A DNA stretch of 63,941 nt, filler included, from Basidiobolus ranarum (Eukaryota), in assembly GCA_040143965.1 (NCBI GenBank). It is 3 parts of 3 records of this genome, joined end to end, with 100 filler letters (N's around TTAATTAATTAA, not from the genome) between each part and the next. Parts side by side here need not be neighbours in the genome. Positions count along the whole stretch, not along the records: positions 22,602 to 45,075 come from JASJQH010000185.1; 2 more parts are not named here. One strand, 5' to 3'. The stretch's first letter is position 1. Every line of letters starts with the position of its first letter. Shown in pieces: positions 24,186-35,804 of this stretch. A program made the position numbers and the translations under genes. The notes under the pieces were generated by a model. It was not told where the DNA came from. It saw only the letters and a list, made by a program, of their open reading frames with translations, and made no database searches.

Positions 24186-25229
24186 AAGCTATGCTTATTT
24201 TAAAAGAATTACTGATGAGTTAAGAACTCATAATATTAGTTAGTTTCAATTTATTTGGTTTGAAAATAACTAAGACTTTTAAGAAGAATTGGTTTGGCAA
24301 TTTTTTTTCACCCGTTTATCACAAATATTGGCTACTACAGTGTAGCATAAATCAAGATTCCTATATGATAGCAAAATCCTTTTTGAATTACTTTTACGTT
24401 ATATCATATATTACAAAATAGGTAGTATGTAGAGTTCAATGTAGTGAAAAATTAACAACACCCTAGAAATGGTTAAGAAATTAAGCACTTTAAAACCATT
24501 TGTTTATGTAACTGAATTAGAATTCAAATGATAAAATAGTCGTTGCATGCAGTGTGCCAGAATAAAAGTGACATCATGGGATTAATTTATATTCTTATCT
24601 ATGTATCACGATTTTCTATACAAAAATAGGATGGATTTTATGTGCATTACGGTAAGGATAATAACACCAATAAATCCTCCACATTACTTCTTATATAGCC
24701 TTTGTGTATTCCCAACACTTGACCAATCAACTTGGTGTCATGGGAGTAAATGTTCTAAAAGACGCAAACATTGGAGAACTATCAAAGCAATAAAAACCAC
24801 TATTCTTTCGGTTTTGGTTACGTTCATGACTAACACACTTTTATAGCGCTGTTTGAAATGTCAACCAGATATTTTTCATTCGATTTGAGTGCTTCATCAT
24901 TCTATTTTTGCATTTTGGAGTTGGGTGAATTTCTCTGATTGAAAATGATCAGTCTAGCTTTTTACTTCATAGTAATTTTAATTAGCGATAACTGACTGAT
25001 ATAGATATTGACGATAGCGAAAGGGTATAGCCATGGATGGATAACAATAAACACCGGCTCCATTTTGACAGGACAGGAAAAAAGGGGAATTAATTACAGC
25101 TTGAAGCTTCAGCTTTGATAATAGAAATTGTGCTGTAAGTATACCTAGTGTATATATCTTCTGATCCAGCTTCACATTGACAAGGTCTAGTCCAATACAC
25201 TTTGGAACATATTCATTCGGAGTAACTTT

Positions 25230-25325
25230 CAACTCATACGTAGAAGTGTTAGAGTCAGAATCAACTCATATGTAGAAGTGTTAGAGTCAGAATCAACTCA
25301 TACGTAGAAGTGTTAGAGTCAGAAA
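25230..25325. repeat. Tandem repeat, 32 bp x3
   Basis: CAACTCATA(C/T)GTAGAAGTGTTAGAGTCAGAAT head-to-tail with no spacers. Confidence 0.92.
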
Positions 25326-26455
25326 AAACCAAAGACTTATAGAATCCATACCAACGATGAATATTCATGATTTCTAGCAAAAGTGGCATATTTTAGTCCA
25401 AGTGAATATTAGTAAAATATATACAACACTAAATGATTTACAGTAATGAGTCTGTTGAAAGTGTACCCACAGAAATATTTTTTTTGCCCAGATATCACCA
25501 TTTGGTCTGGCCAAAATACGAAGAATTAGGAATAAAATAGTAAAGTACTGGAGTAGTATGGGATTTACTCGTTATCATGATATAATAATGATTTGGTACA
25601 CCGAATGGACGAAATGGAGCCATCTGAACCAGAAAATAAGTACCTACCTAGTAAGGCAAGTTCTATTTCTATCTCCATAGATGCCAACGATGAAATGGGA
25701 ACAGGTAGCGAGAACTCCAGGTAAGCTTCCTAATCTGGTATAATTCTCAAATCGGGTGAATGCGAGGGCTACTTTTTTGGATGGAGTTCTAGATGGATCC
25801 GGATTCCAAAACCGGTGGAAATTATTCGATTCTTGATAATGCGTGGAAAATAAGGATTCCCCTGATACTGGATAGCAATACTTCGTACCGATACCTATAC
25901 TGATACTCGGCGGACTTCAACGTCAATTCCCCACGATAACTTATTTACTTGTCTCAGGTTAAACAACTCCAACCAGCAGCTGTCAACTAATATCCCGATT
26001 TCTAACTTCCAGATGACTATTTGCTTGTAACAAAGTATTGTAAGTTGAGCTGAGGATCTATGTTGACTCTAAGATTCATCAATACTCCCGGTAGTATCTT
26101 GTTTTGGTAGAAAAGCCCCACACTCATTGATGTTGAGATTATTACATACAATTTCGGATAAATTGCTAATATTATAACTTACGTCCTAACCCCCTAAGAT
26201 ACTGTACCATACCCATTATATCTGGTTGGACTTGGCTCAACAATATGAACTAGATTTATCGATTAGTTACCATATATGTATATATTTATATTGAAAATCA
26301 ACAGCAATCAACTGCATGTTATCGAAGTGATCTACACAACAAATGTACACCATCGCAAAAGCAAAATAGATTTGAGCAAAGATTGGAGTTCAGGGTTTAT
26401 TAAGGTTCTATAATATGCTACAAGTATATATAATATTTACAATCTCTATGCGACG

Positions 26456-27064
26456 TTAATTATTAAGGATAAATGACAGTTGGTGCGCGTTTGGTTGAGC
26501 CCTGATGGAGGGAGTATCATCATCGCATTCCGAATCAGATGAAACTGCGGGGCTGGATTCAAGCGAACTAGAGGCTGAGCTCCATCTAGAGCCATTGGGG
26601 CTGTTAACGGGTCTCCACTTTGTAGGGAGAACACGGTAAGGCTCATAACGATGTAAGCTATCCATAAAGTCAGGTCGAGATTGAATACAAGGGGAAGTCT
26701 CTGGCTCCGGGGTGGACTTGGCAGAAGAGAGTGTTTGAGAAGGAAAGCTGGAGAATAGGCAAACGTTTCCATTATTGTTCAAACATGGGTAAGAATAGAC
26801 GAGGCTGAATTTTTGAATCTCTCGCTTTTGATGAGTACGGATGTGTCTGGCTAATTCGTCAGATCTGGAGAATCGTTTACTACAACTAGCGTATGAACAT
26901 GAATAGGGCTTTTCGCCAGTGTGAGTGCGAACATGTCGGATCAAGTGCTCGTTACGACGAAATGATTTCTTACAAAGTGAACAATCGTAAGGACGAGCAG
27001 TTTTACTTGGTGTCTTGGTATCCGATTCAAGGATAAATGATAAACGAGGTGATTGTGTAGTCAT
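26456..27064 (-). CDS. C2H2 zinc-finger transcription factor, CreA/Mig1/EGR-like fingers
   Basis: [55 protein letters not shown]; Ser/Pro-rich tail; TATAAAA upstream on the minus strand (~27112-27118). Confidence 0.92.
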   Translation of the reverse strand: MTTQSPRLSFILESDTKTPSKTARPYDCSLCKKSFRRNEHLIRHVRTHTGEKPYSCSYASCSKRFSRSDELARHIRTHQKREIQKFSLVYSYPCLNNNGNVCLFSSFPSQTLSSAKSTPEPETSPCIQSRPDFMDSLHRYEPYRVLPTKWRPVNSPNGSRWSSASSSLESSPAVSSDSECDDDTPSIRAQPNAHQLSFILNN

Positions 27065-27660
27065 TTTACTAATGTACTGTATTTACTGTAAATCCTTGGT
27101 GGAAGTAGCGCTTTTATAACATTTGTTCACCCACCCGAGCTCTTATCAAACACCTGGATCTAAATCGGATTTCTCTCAAATTGTGTAATGACATTGAGTA
27201 ATTTGCCATCAATCTCAGTCCATATATGGATTGGTCATTCTGATGGGTATTCTAATGTAGATACTGAGAGATACGAGTTCATGGAACTTGTGAAAACGAG
27301 GATTGGTTCCGAAATTGGCTCCCATATTAGCTCCCATATTGGCTCAGATTGATGTGATCTTCCTACTTGCTCCACATTTATGGCACACTATCTATGCGTG
27401 CTCCTATCTATACACATGGTTGATCTATACACGTCCATATCACACCTACACCCTCAACTTAAGATAACCTTTCTATCCACGCAGGTCTAGATTTGATGGA
27501 AGATTAGGTGGATGATGTTTCATAGACTCAGGGTCAAATCTATGTTTATTACTAAAGGGTTCTAGTGCTGATTACTAGTGATAAGCGAGAGGGGACTTAG
27601 GGTTAGGGTGTCTAATTAAATTCGATTACTAAACGATTACCGAGGAAACCTTATACGAAA

Positions 27661-27716
27661 TACAACAACTAAATGGTGAAGCTTAGGTTAGGGTACAACA
27701 ACTAAATGGTGAAGCT
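27661..27716. repeat. 23-bp direct repeat separated by a telomere-like unit
   Basis: TACAACAACTAAATGGTGAAGCT twice, with TAGGTTAGGG between. Confidence 0.75.
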
Positions 27717-27949
27717 GAATAACAGGTTAATTGTCGGCTCTGGTGGTTCACTACAGGTTTTCCGTCAATTTAACCATAGTATCTCCGCTGTGAACATCCT
27801 TACCCTTAGTGGTAGTGTTAATTAGCCTTGCTAACAAATAAATGTATCACGTTGATCTTGCAACATCCCTTCCTGTTTTTCCTATTAATTTAACCAAAAC
27901 AAAAGGCAGTAGTCTCTAGCCTTCAACCTCGTCAGCAATCCAAACCAAC

Positions 27950-28033
27950 GCTATCAAGAAATCGCACCAGCTACCCAGGCAATGATATCAAGAAATCGCA
28001 CTAGCCACCCAGGCAACGATATCGAGAAATCAC
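27950..28033. repeat. Tandem repeat, ~34 bp x2.5
   Basis: GATATCAAGAAATCGCACYAGCYACCCAGGCAAY units. Confidence 0.8.
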
Positions 28034-28250
28034 TTATCTTCTCGTCACTAGGCATAATGACATAATTGAGCTACATAGGCGCTTATCAAATGTTCTTTTT
28101 TGATGCACGTTGAGCAGTTCAGTAAGAGCATCCTAACTTGCACTATCAGTCATTAGGTCAGTTTCCAAACTCCAATCCATGATGTAAGTTCTAATCACCC
28201 AATAATGTTGCCTAATAATGGCACCCAATTTACTACATTCATTCTCGGAG

Positions 28251-28350
28251 ATAGCATGTGGATATATATAGCATGTGGATATATATAGCAGTCTATTTCT
28301 TATAAGACCTATAGCATGTGGATATTTATAGTAATCTAATTCTTATAAGG
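28251..28350. repeat. Compound short duplications
   Basis: ATAGCATGTGGATAT x3 and TCTAWTTCTTATAAG x2. Confidence 0.7.
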
Positions 28351-29975
28351 CCTTGGCTACCCCATTGATTTTGGTTATTTCCGGCCTTCAATGATTGTGT
28401 TCATATACTGACATGTGTTACAGGGTTTGGACGTTTTTTTCCAAAGCACACTCCTGGTCCAGTCCATATTTCGCAGTCAATCTGCACCAGGGTGTTATCG
28501 ATATGAGGCTAAGTTAGAATCGGCATCTAGATACTGCTCAAATAGTCTCGCATGCTCCTCATTTACGGGTCACGATTCGCTGCTAGCCGCGGGTAAACTT
28601 CGTTCTGATAAGGGTTGATTGTAGAGAAATGTAACCAAAGAACTTGGGGAGTCAGTTCGTCAACACACATGTGCCTATCCTCATAGCACTGCTTGTCATA
28701 CTTGGAATCTAAATGGATGCATTTTATGACTGAATTCCGATACTCATTGCACCAGCCACCATGTACTCACAACTGGCTCAGGGATAGGCTGATTCTTCTC
28801 CATTCTTGCACTATTTGACTATTCTCTAGTTGGAGATCCGGGCGTGTACGATGTAATGTTACCGCTAAAGCTCGGTGTTTGTAAGTTCGTCCCAGTTCTT
28901 TGGCTGAATATAGATCCGACCTTCCTCTACCGATAATGGTCAATTCCTGTTCGTTCGAGGTTCATTCATACCGCAATTTTATCGGATTTCCATTCCATTA
29001 TCTTGGATCTGTATCAACCATAACTAATCCCACGTTTAGTGTCAGGTTAAGTCGACGATCGTAACTACGAAATCCACCCAATTATGCATCGAAATATACC
29101 TCAGAATACTACTCCTTTATTGTATTATATATCTATGGATTGTATTCTTGCGCATGGTGAGTGTACCTCTACGTTGTCTCTCTTTATCAAATTCTTGGGA
29201 GTTAATGCTGTTAGCCTTATGAAAGCATCTAACCCAACGATTTTGTTCATCATTGTTATCTAACTGTTTGAGTCCATTTATCTTCCTATTTGGAATGGAA
29301 ATGCTTAAAGGAGTATATGAAAGTTGGACTATTTGTTGTCAAGAAAATTGTTATTTCTACTTTGGGTGAATTTGAACAAAATTAACTCTGTGGATGCATC
29401 CTAAATCAAGCCTAGAATCTTGGAGACGCATTGTGCGTGTTGGAAGGTTTCTAAAGACTGTGTAAGGTCATGCGTATATCAAGATTGTCTAGTCAATGCC
29501 TCTTGTAGTATAGGATTAATTGAGTGGTCATATGCTGGAAGCTGATGGTGATACTATCTCAAGCAGATAGTGAGATTTCTACAGTTGTATCACTCTGAAA
29601 GACCTATCCACAACTAAATGATTACATGAGTAATTCAGAAACATGAACTAATGTTGAATACGGGAAGAAGATCTTAGCTTCATACTAGAAGTGTAATAAG
29701 TAACCTTTTGACACTTGTTCTTTTTCTTTACTCCTTACCAATATGAAATCATTATCAGAGAATCAGAAATGGCAGTTCTGGTTCGATTGGAACGAACATA
29801 GACATGGACTAATTAGCGGTGTATTACCTATATAAGATGGCTAGTAAATTTGTCTAGTAAATGTTTGTTTATTTGCAAAATCCCAGTGTCTAGATGCTCA
29901 TGATGTATGACGATAAATCGTTACACAGAGACAAATGAAATCCAAGATGATTATTTACTCATCATTACGTGACAT

Positions 29976-30913
29976 CTATGATGGTTCAGCATGAACATCC
30001 CACCATAGCTTGTACAAATCATCAAAGGGTCCCGACTCTTTAAGATTTGATAAATCTATGTCCCAAGGTTTTTCCAGAATGTAATGAATATTCTTTATAT
30101 CTTCGAGTGACCAGATATTCGAATGACAGTATTTCATGGGTTTCAACGCATTGTAGATGTACGGTAACGGAATCCAGTTGTTACGAAAGATTTCGTTGAG
30201 AAAGTCTTGGTCTGGAAATGTATACCGGTTCAGATTTTGTGTCTTCTCTAACTCCCTTACCATACGCTGGAATAAATTTTGCGAGGGTGTAAGGACTAGC
30301 AAGCCGGAGTTAAAGTAGTCATGAACCGTTTGAGTAGAATTTCTATCAGTTATAGCGGTTTCGTTTAAAGTAGTGTGAGCGCAATTTTCAGGTATCCTTC
30401 AAAAAAGTGAGACAGATAACAGTTAGTTGGATTTAAACTCGACATATCGCAAAAATAGAAAGTAATATACCAGTGCTTTGGATAGTGTGTTTGCTTTAAA
30501 GGGTTACATCTGCAAGCATTTACGGCAGCTAATTTTAGAGGAGAATGATCGAATACATCAAATATTTCGTCCATATTCTTTAATACCAACATATCAGCGT
30601 CTAGAAAGGTCACGCGTTCGAATTCTACCAAAGACCAAACTTGAAGCTTCGTCCAAGTGTCTGCATAGCGCTCCCATAGATAATTCACCTTCCGTTCGGG
30701 TTGTGGATTAATAAATTTTACTTGACGTAATATACACCCCTCTGCAGATAAATTATCCAAACATTCTCTTGAAACAGTAGAGGTGTAAATGACAACTAGG
30801 GGGTATATGGAATTAGACTTTTTCAAAGACTTCGCTAACACTCGAACTCCCTCAAAAAATTGGTCACGAGTAAGGAGTGTTGCCCAAGAATAATGTGGGG
30901 TTGAGCCAAGCAT
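29976..30913 (-). CDS. Glycosyltransferase family 8 (glycogenin/galactinol-synthase-like)
   Basis: WATLLT, YPLVV, DTWTKLQVWSLVEFERVTFLDADML (DxD), CRCNP..HYPKHW|IPENCA, FNSGLLV, FPDQDFLN, YNALK, IHYILEKPW. One intron. Confidence 0.93.
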
Positions 30914-31488
30914 GATAAACTTTGAATAACTCGTAACTCGAATATTTAATGGTGAATGGTGGACGATGTTCTCTTTTTAAACATGCTTGGTGATATCCAT
31001 ATGCACTTAGTCAATTCAATTAATTTGAATTTAGTGACTGTTCTCAATTATGGGCAGTCTGAATCGGGCCGAGGACGTAACTTGATGCTCAATAGATATC
31101 AATAATCCCGTTGGAGGCTCCGGCCAATTATTAGGGTTATGCTGAATCTTCAGAGCGTATGAAAGTGAAGTTATACTAAGGGAATATATACTTACGACAC
31201 GATAATTAAAAATCAATAAACTTGTTTAAACTAAGTCAAATATGTGCTGAGTCACCAATAGAAACATAGCCAATGTGACTTTGATTCAGGCACAATAGAA
31301 AGTGAATAATCCAAAAATCGAAAGAAACCACGAGTGTGTGATATGATAAGAATTGAGGTTCCGGTAGATCCCGGAATTGATTATCCATCTGAGGCTAGTG
31401 AAAGAGGGCTAGTATATATAAATAAGATTTATTTTAGTTTCAGCTGTTACTGTTACTATACATGAAGTAAAATATTAACATGGAAGAA

Positions 31489-32522
31489 TTAAATGGCATG
31501 AAGCTGACTATTGCCACCATATTGTACTGGCAAGTTCTCATTGCTAATGTAATTCAATAGAGTCTTTTGAGTGTTGGCTTGACCAACCATAACGAATTTA
31601 CTCTTAGTACGAGCGCTAACAAATACCGACATGATATTAAATAACATCTCCATTAATCCAGGCACATTGACAAACAACTTGCAATCCAAGAATTCTGGAT
31701 AATGATCTTGAAATAATTGGATAATTTGTGATGAGGCTGCTTTCATGCGACGATCCATGCGGAATATGCTAGCACCATGATAGTCATGTACCTGAGAAAG
31801 TAAACAATGAATACTTGAGTGGGAAGGTGAATAATATAAGGGGTGGTTCATACCTGAGTCATTGACTCAATACCATTCTCAAAATCTAGTAAAGTAATGG
31901 CTTTTTCCATCAGTTGAACTCTCCACCGTACAAAACGCGTAGGAGTACCGTCAGCATCAAATACTTTATCAGCTTTCAAATTCCCATAGACATTGTAAGT
32001 CACTGGCCCACCGGTCTTATTCGTTTTGTGAATGAATCCAAGTTCCTCGATTTCTTCAGGAAAAGTTTCGGTCATTAAAGATTGCATGTTGAACTCTTTA
32101 CGCCACTACGAAATTACGTGAGAAACGGGAAGTTGTAAGGAGAAAGTGGATCATATAAAATATTTACCTTGAGTGTTTCGAGTAGCATTGTTAAGGCTAG
32201 ATCCACTTTGAACTCTCGAGCTCTTAGGAATTTAAGAAGTATAACCTTCTGAGCCTTACTAAGTTCCTCTAAATTCGCAAGTGAAACTCCCCAAAGAGTA
32301 AGCTAGGTAAAGGTTCAAAATCAGTGAAGTCTTATTCGATTATGCCCGTAAATAAGGCTTTCTTGGTCTACTCAAAGTGATAAATAATAACTATATGAAG
32401 ATACTCACCTCATCGCCAGAAATGTCAGTTTTGGGCAGCTCTGCGATCGTGAGTAACCTCAGAGATTCCAAAGCTTGAATCTGTTCTTCAGTTAAGTTAT
32501 CCACGTATCCTGTTTCTGTCAT
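31489..32522 (-). CDS. CRAL-TRIO (Sec14-family) lipid-transfer protein, Sfh5/patellin-like
   Basis: LTLWGVSL, LLKFLRAREFKVD, WRKEF, GPVTYNVYG, FVRWRVQLMEKAI, QVHDY, FQDHYPEFL..K.FVNVP, RTKSKFV, LPVQYGG. Four exons. Confidence 0.9.
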
Positions 32523-32927
32523 TATTCTAGTTGAAAGGAAAGATTGAAGTTGTTCGACTGAACTCTAAAAAGTGATCGAAAAAATCCATTTTAAAATAGA
32601 GTTGAAACTCAATGATCAAGATCTGATAACAGTAAGAATCAACTAGACTTAACCAAACAGAGGATTGATTAGAAATCGATATGATACATAATACTTCGAA
32701 TTTAATTAATCTCTCCAAAGCTTCCACTAGAACTTCTTGTCAAACATTAGTTCCTCATATACAGGTTTTTATAAACTCAAAATATTATCTGATCTGTATG
32801 TAGTGTATACCATTCACTACTCATTCCACAGTGTTTTTCCATAGTTGATTTCTCATATTTTACGATTTACAATTTATTGTGTAACCAGAGATCAATTATA
32901 CATAATATATATTGCTTTCCCTTCTAA

Positions 32928-35804
32928 TTAAGGAAAAGAACCAGGGATTCGTTGAGTATTGGTATTATCACCAGGAATAATGCTTGATGGATGAGTAGCA
33001 CTGGAAACAGTAGTATGCTCACCCACGGAGCCTGGTAGATTATTATGAGAACTAGGCAAACCAGATTGCTGAGGGAAATTTGATGCTTTTAAAGGTGAAT
33101 TATCGTTATAATGAGGCTCCCCTAAAGTATGGGTACCTTCACCTAGAACAGCACCAGCGGTACCGGCAATTTCACGGCCATAGAGATTATCATGGTTACC
33201 GAGACTATTGGTTTCGCCAGTCAAGTGATGACCTAAAGGATTGCCAGTGTTGAGAGTACCATTGTTATTGCCAAGAACTCCACTCTCATTATTACTGAAA
33301 CTGTTAAAGGCCGGAGTTACTTCAACATGGTTACCACTGTGTCTACCAAGATGTTCAGGATTAGATACCTCGTTAAAGCCAGTAGAATTGAGGGTATTAT
33401 CGTTGTTGTGATTGCGAAGACTATCAGTGCCGACATGTTGATGGGGGTGACCTGAATTTAATGGGGAAATATCATGGTGGTGGTGATCTCTTAAAGCATG
33501 AGTGCCTTCACCAAGGACAGCACCAGTGGCAGCGGCACCGGCAAGTTCACGGCCATTATGATTGTCATGGTTACCGAAACTGTTTGTTTCACCAGTCAGG
33601 TGGTGGCTTAATGGATTACCAGCGTTGAGAGTGTCATTATGATGACTGAATGGATTACCAGAGTTCAGAATGTCATTCTTATCGTTCCCGAGAACATTGT
33701 TTCCATTATTGTGATGGAGGCTACCAAAGGTAGGTGCGGCTTCTACATGGTTACCAACGTGTCCAGGGTTAGGCACATCATTAAAACCACGGTTGTGGAC
33801 ATCATGTCCTTGTAATAAGTTGTTGGAGCCATTGCCCAAATTACTGAGGCCATTATCAGTACCGATATGTGGGAGAGCATTACCAGAGACTAATGATGAG
33901 TTTTCATGATGATTTCTCAGAGAATGAGTACCTTCACCAAGAGCAGCACCAGTGGCAGCAGCGCCGGCAAGTTCGCGGCCATGATGATTGTCATGATGAC
34001 CAAGGTTGCTTGTTACATCAACTGGGTGGCTCAAAGATCCAGTAGAGTTGAGGGTGTTGTTGTTATTGTTAAGCATACTAGTTTCCTTGAAATTGTGAGA
34101 GTTATCAGTGCTGACATGTTGATGGGGGTGACCTGAATTCAATGGGGAAATATCACGGTGGTGGTGATCTCTTAAAGCATGAGTACCCTCACCAAGGACA
34201 GCACCAGTGGCAGTGGCACCGGCAAGTTCGCGGCCATGATGATTGTTATGGTTACCGAAACTATTTGTTTCACCAGTCAAGTGATGGCCTAAAGGATTGC
34301 CAGTGTTGAGAGTACCATTGTCATTGCCAAGAACTCTATTTTCATTATTACTGAAACTGTCAAAGGCCGGAGTTGCTTCAACATGGTTACCACTGTGTCT
34401 ACCAAGATGTTCAGGGTTAGATACCTCGTTAAGGCTACGGTTGTGGATATCATGCTCCGGTAGCAAATTATTGGGGCCATTGCTCAAATTGCCAAGTCCA
34501 CTACCAGAATTAAGCTGTTGGGGAAAGTTGCTAGAGTTTAATGGAGTGTTATCTGAATGATTTCTCAGAGAACGGGCGCCTGCTCCAAGAGCTGCATCAG
34601 TAACATTTGCACCAGAAACTTTACGATCGTTGTGATTTTGTCCAATATGCTCACCACTAGATAGTGGCTCCCTCAAATTTGAGTTCTGTTCCGTGGGCAA
34701 CATCGTGCTATTGGCCCCAGGGGCATCATCATCCAAGTGTTGATGGAGATCACGTAGAAGTTTCTGACTCAGGGTTGAGCTGTCAGAACGAGCTGATAAA
34801 GTACGCTCCATAGGTCCACGATGCTCTTCAGGATGAGTGGTTAACATTTCACCATCTCTAGATGGATGAGAGGCCGGCACTGTCGAAGGTAAATGCTCGG
34901 TTGGTGCATGATGGTTAGCAGGGTCAATTGAATCATGACTTGCGTTGAGGACGTTTGGAGTGGCAGTAGTGGTATTGGGCAAAACGGTTTCATTGGGATT
35001 TGCTAAGCCATTTTTATAAGGTGTCACATCAGATTGTTGTAACTTATCATTATGATGATCATGTGAGTGAGCACCGGCACCTAGAGCTAATCCTGTGGCA
35101 GTTGCACCAGCGATATCCCGCCCAGTGTGTGTCTTACGATCAGATTGGTCAAGCAGAGCATGATCGTGATGATTTTCACGGTTGACTAATGAAGGGTCGT
35201 GTGGTGCATTGTTTGTTTGATCGTGATGGGGGATATTTTCAATTGAGGTGCCAGCAGCATCAGAACCAGATTGGGGATAACTTGATTGATGGGCGAATTG
35301 AGTATCCCTGGGATTTTGTACTCTTGGCTCCTGATCATGCCTTTCTCTTAGAGCCTCCTTTCCAAGAGTGGCACCAGCAATACCGCCTCCGATAGCACCA
35401 TGGCCAAGACGTTCATTGTCACGATTGACTTGGGAAGATGCTCCGGTGAGGTCAGAGTTGTGGCCATTGGTGTTATTGAGCTGGTTAATACCATTGTGCA
35501 AATCATCCGAACCTCCTCTAACAGCTGTAGTTGACACATTAGATCTTGGCTGATCACTCAAGAGGGAGCCGGAGTGATGCTTGGATACAGGATTGGTTAT
35601 ATTCCCAAGGGTACTGCTCTCTTCGTGAGTGTTATCTTTGTTTGATCTCAGGTCTTCACTTTTGCCTTCATATACTTTTTTAATATCATTCTTGTTAGGG
35701 ATTGAAGAAGCAAGACCCTTGATCGTTTCCTTCAAAGCAGTTATGTGTGGGTGACTGTATTCTTCGCTGCTGATAGAAGTAACTTTGCTTTGGTGGTTGG
35801 ACAT
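32928..35804 (-). CDS. 958-aa intrinsically disordered His/Asn/Gly-rich repeat protein (hydrophilin/stress-protein-like)
   Basis: Long intronless ORF; recurring H-rich GRE(L/I)AGAxATGA(V/A)LGEGTH modules; ends IPGSFP; TATA on the minus strand at ~35876-35883. Confidence 0.85.
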   Translation of the reverse strand: MSNHQSKVTSISSEEYSHPHITALKETIKGLASSIPNKNDIKKVYEGKSEDLRSNKDNTHEESSTLGNITNPVSKHHSGSLLSDQPRSNVSTTAVRGGSDDLHNGINQLNNTNGHNSDLTGASSQVNRDNERLGHGAIGGGIAGATLGKEALRERHDQEPRVQNPRDTQFAHQSSYPQSGSDAAGTSIENIPHHDQTNNAPHDPSLVNRENHHDHALLDQSDRKTHTGRDIAGATATGLALGAGAHSHDHHNDKLQQSDVTPYKNGLANPNETVLPNTTTATPNVLNASHDSIDPANHHAPTEHLPSTVPASHPSRDGEMLTTHPEEHRGPMERTLSARSDSSTLSQKLLRDLHQHLDDDAPGANSTMLPTEQNSNLREPLSSGEHIGQNHNDRKVSGANVTDAALGAGARSLRNHSDNTPLNSSNFPQQLNSGSGLGNLSNGPNNLLPEHDIHNRSLNEVSNPEHLGRHSGNHVEATPAFDSFSNNENRVLGNDNGTLNTGNPLGHHLTGETNSFGNHNNHHGRELAGATATGAVLGEGTHALRDHHHRDISPLNSGHPHQHVSTDNSHNFKETSMLNNNNNTLNSTGSLSHPVDVTSNLGHHDNHHGRELAGAAATGAALGEGTHSLRNHHENSSLVSGNALPHIGTDNGLSNLGNGSNNLLQGHDVHNRGFNDVPNPGHVGNHVEAAPTFGSLHHNNGNNVLGNDKNDILNSGNPFSHHNDTLNAGNPLSHHLTGETNSFGNHDNHNGRELAGAAATGAVLGEGTHALRDHHHHDISPLNSGHPHQHVGTDSLRNHNNDNTLNSTGFNEVSNPEHLGRHSGNHVEVTPAFNSFSNNESGVLGNNNGTLNTGNPLGHHLTGETNSLGNHDNLYGREIAGTAGAVLGEGTHTLGEPHYNDNSPLKASNFPQQSGLPSSHNNLPGSVGEHTTVSSATHPSSIIPGDNTNTQRIPGSFP

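Noticed and set aside
25230-25325. 32-bp repeats resembling a CRISPR array
   Set aside because: Head-to-tail with no unique spacers, no cas genes, eukaryotic context. The same applies to 13716-13830 and 27950-28033.
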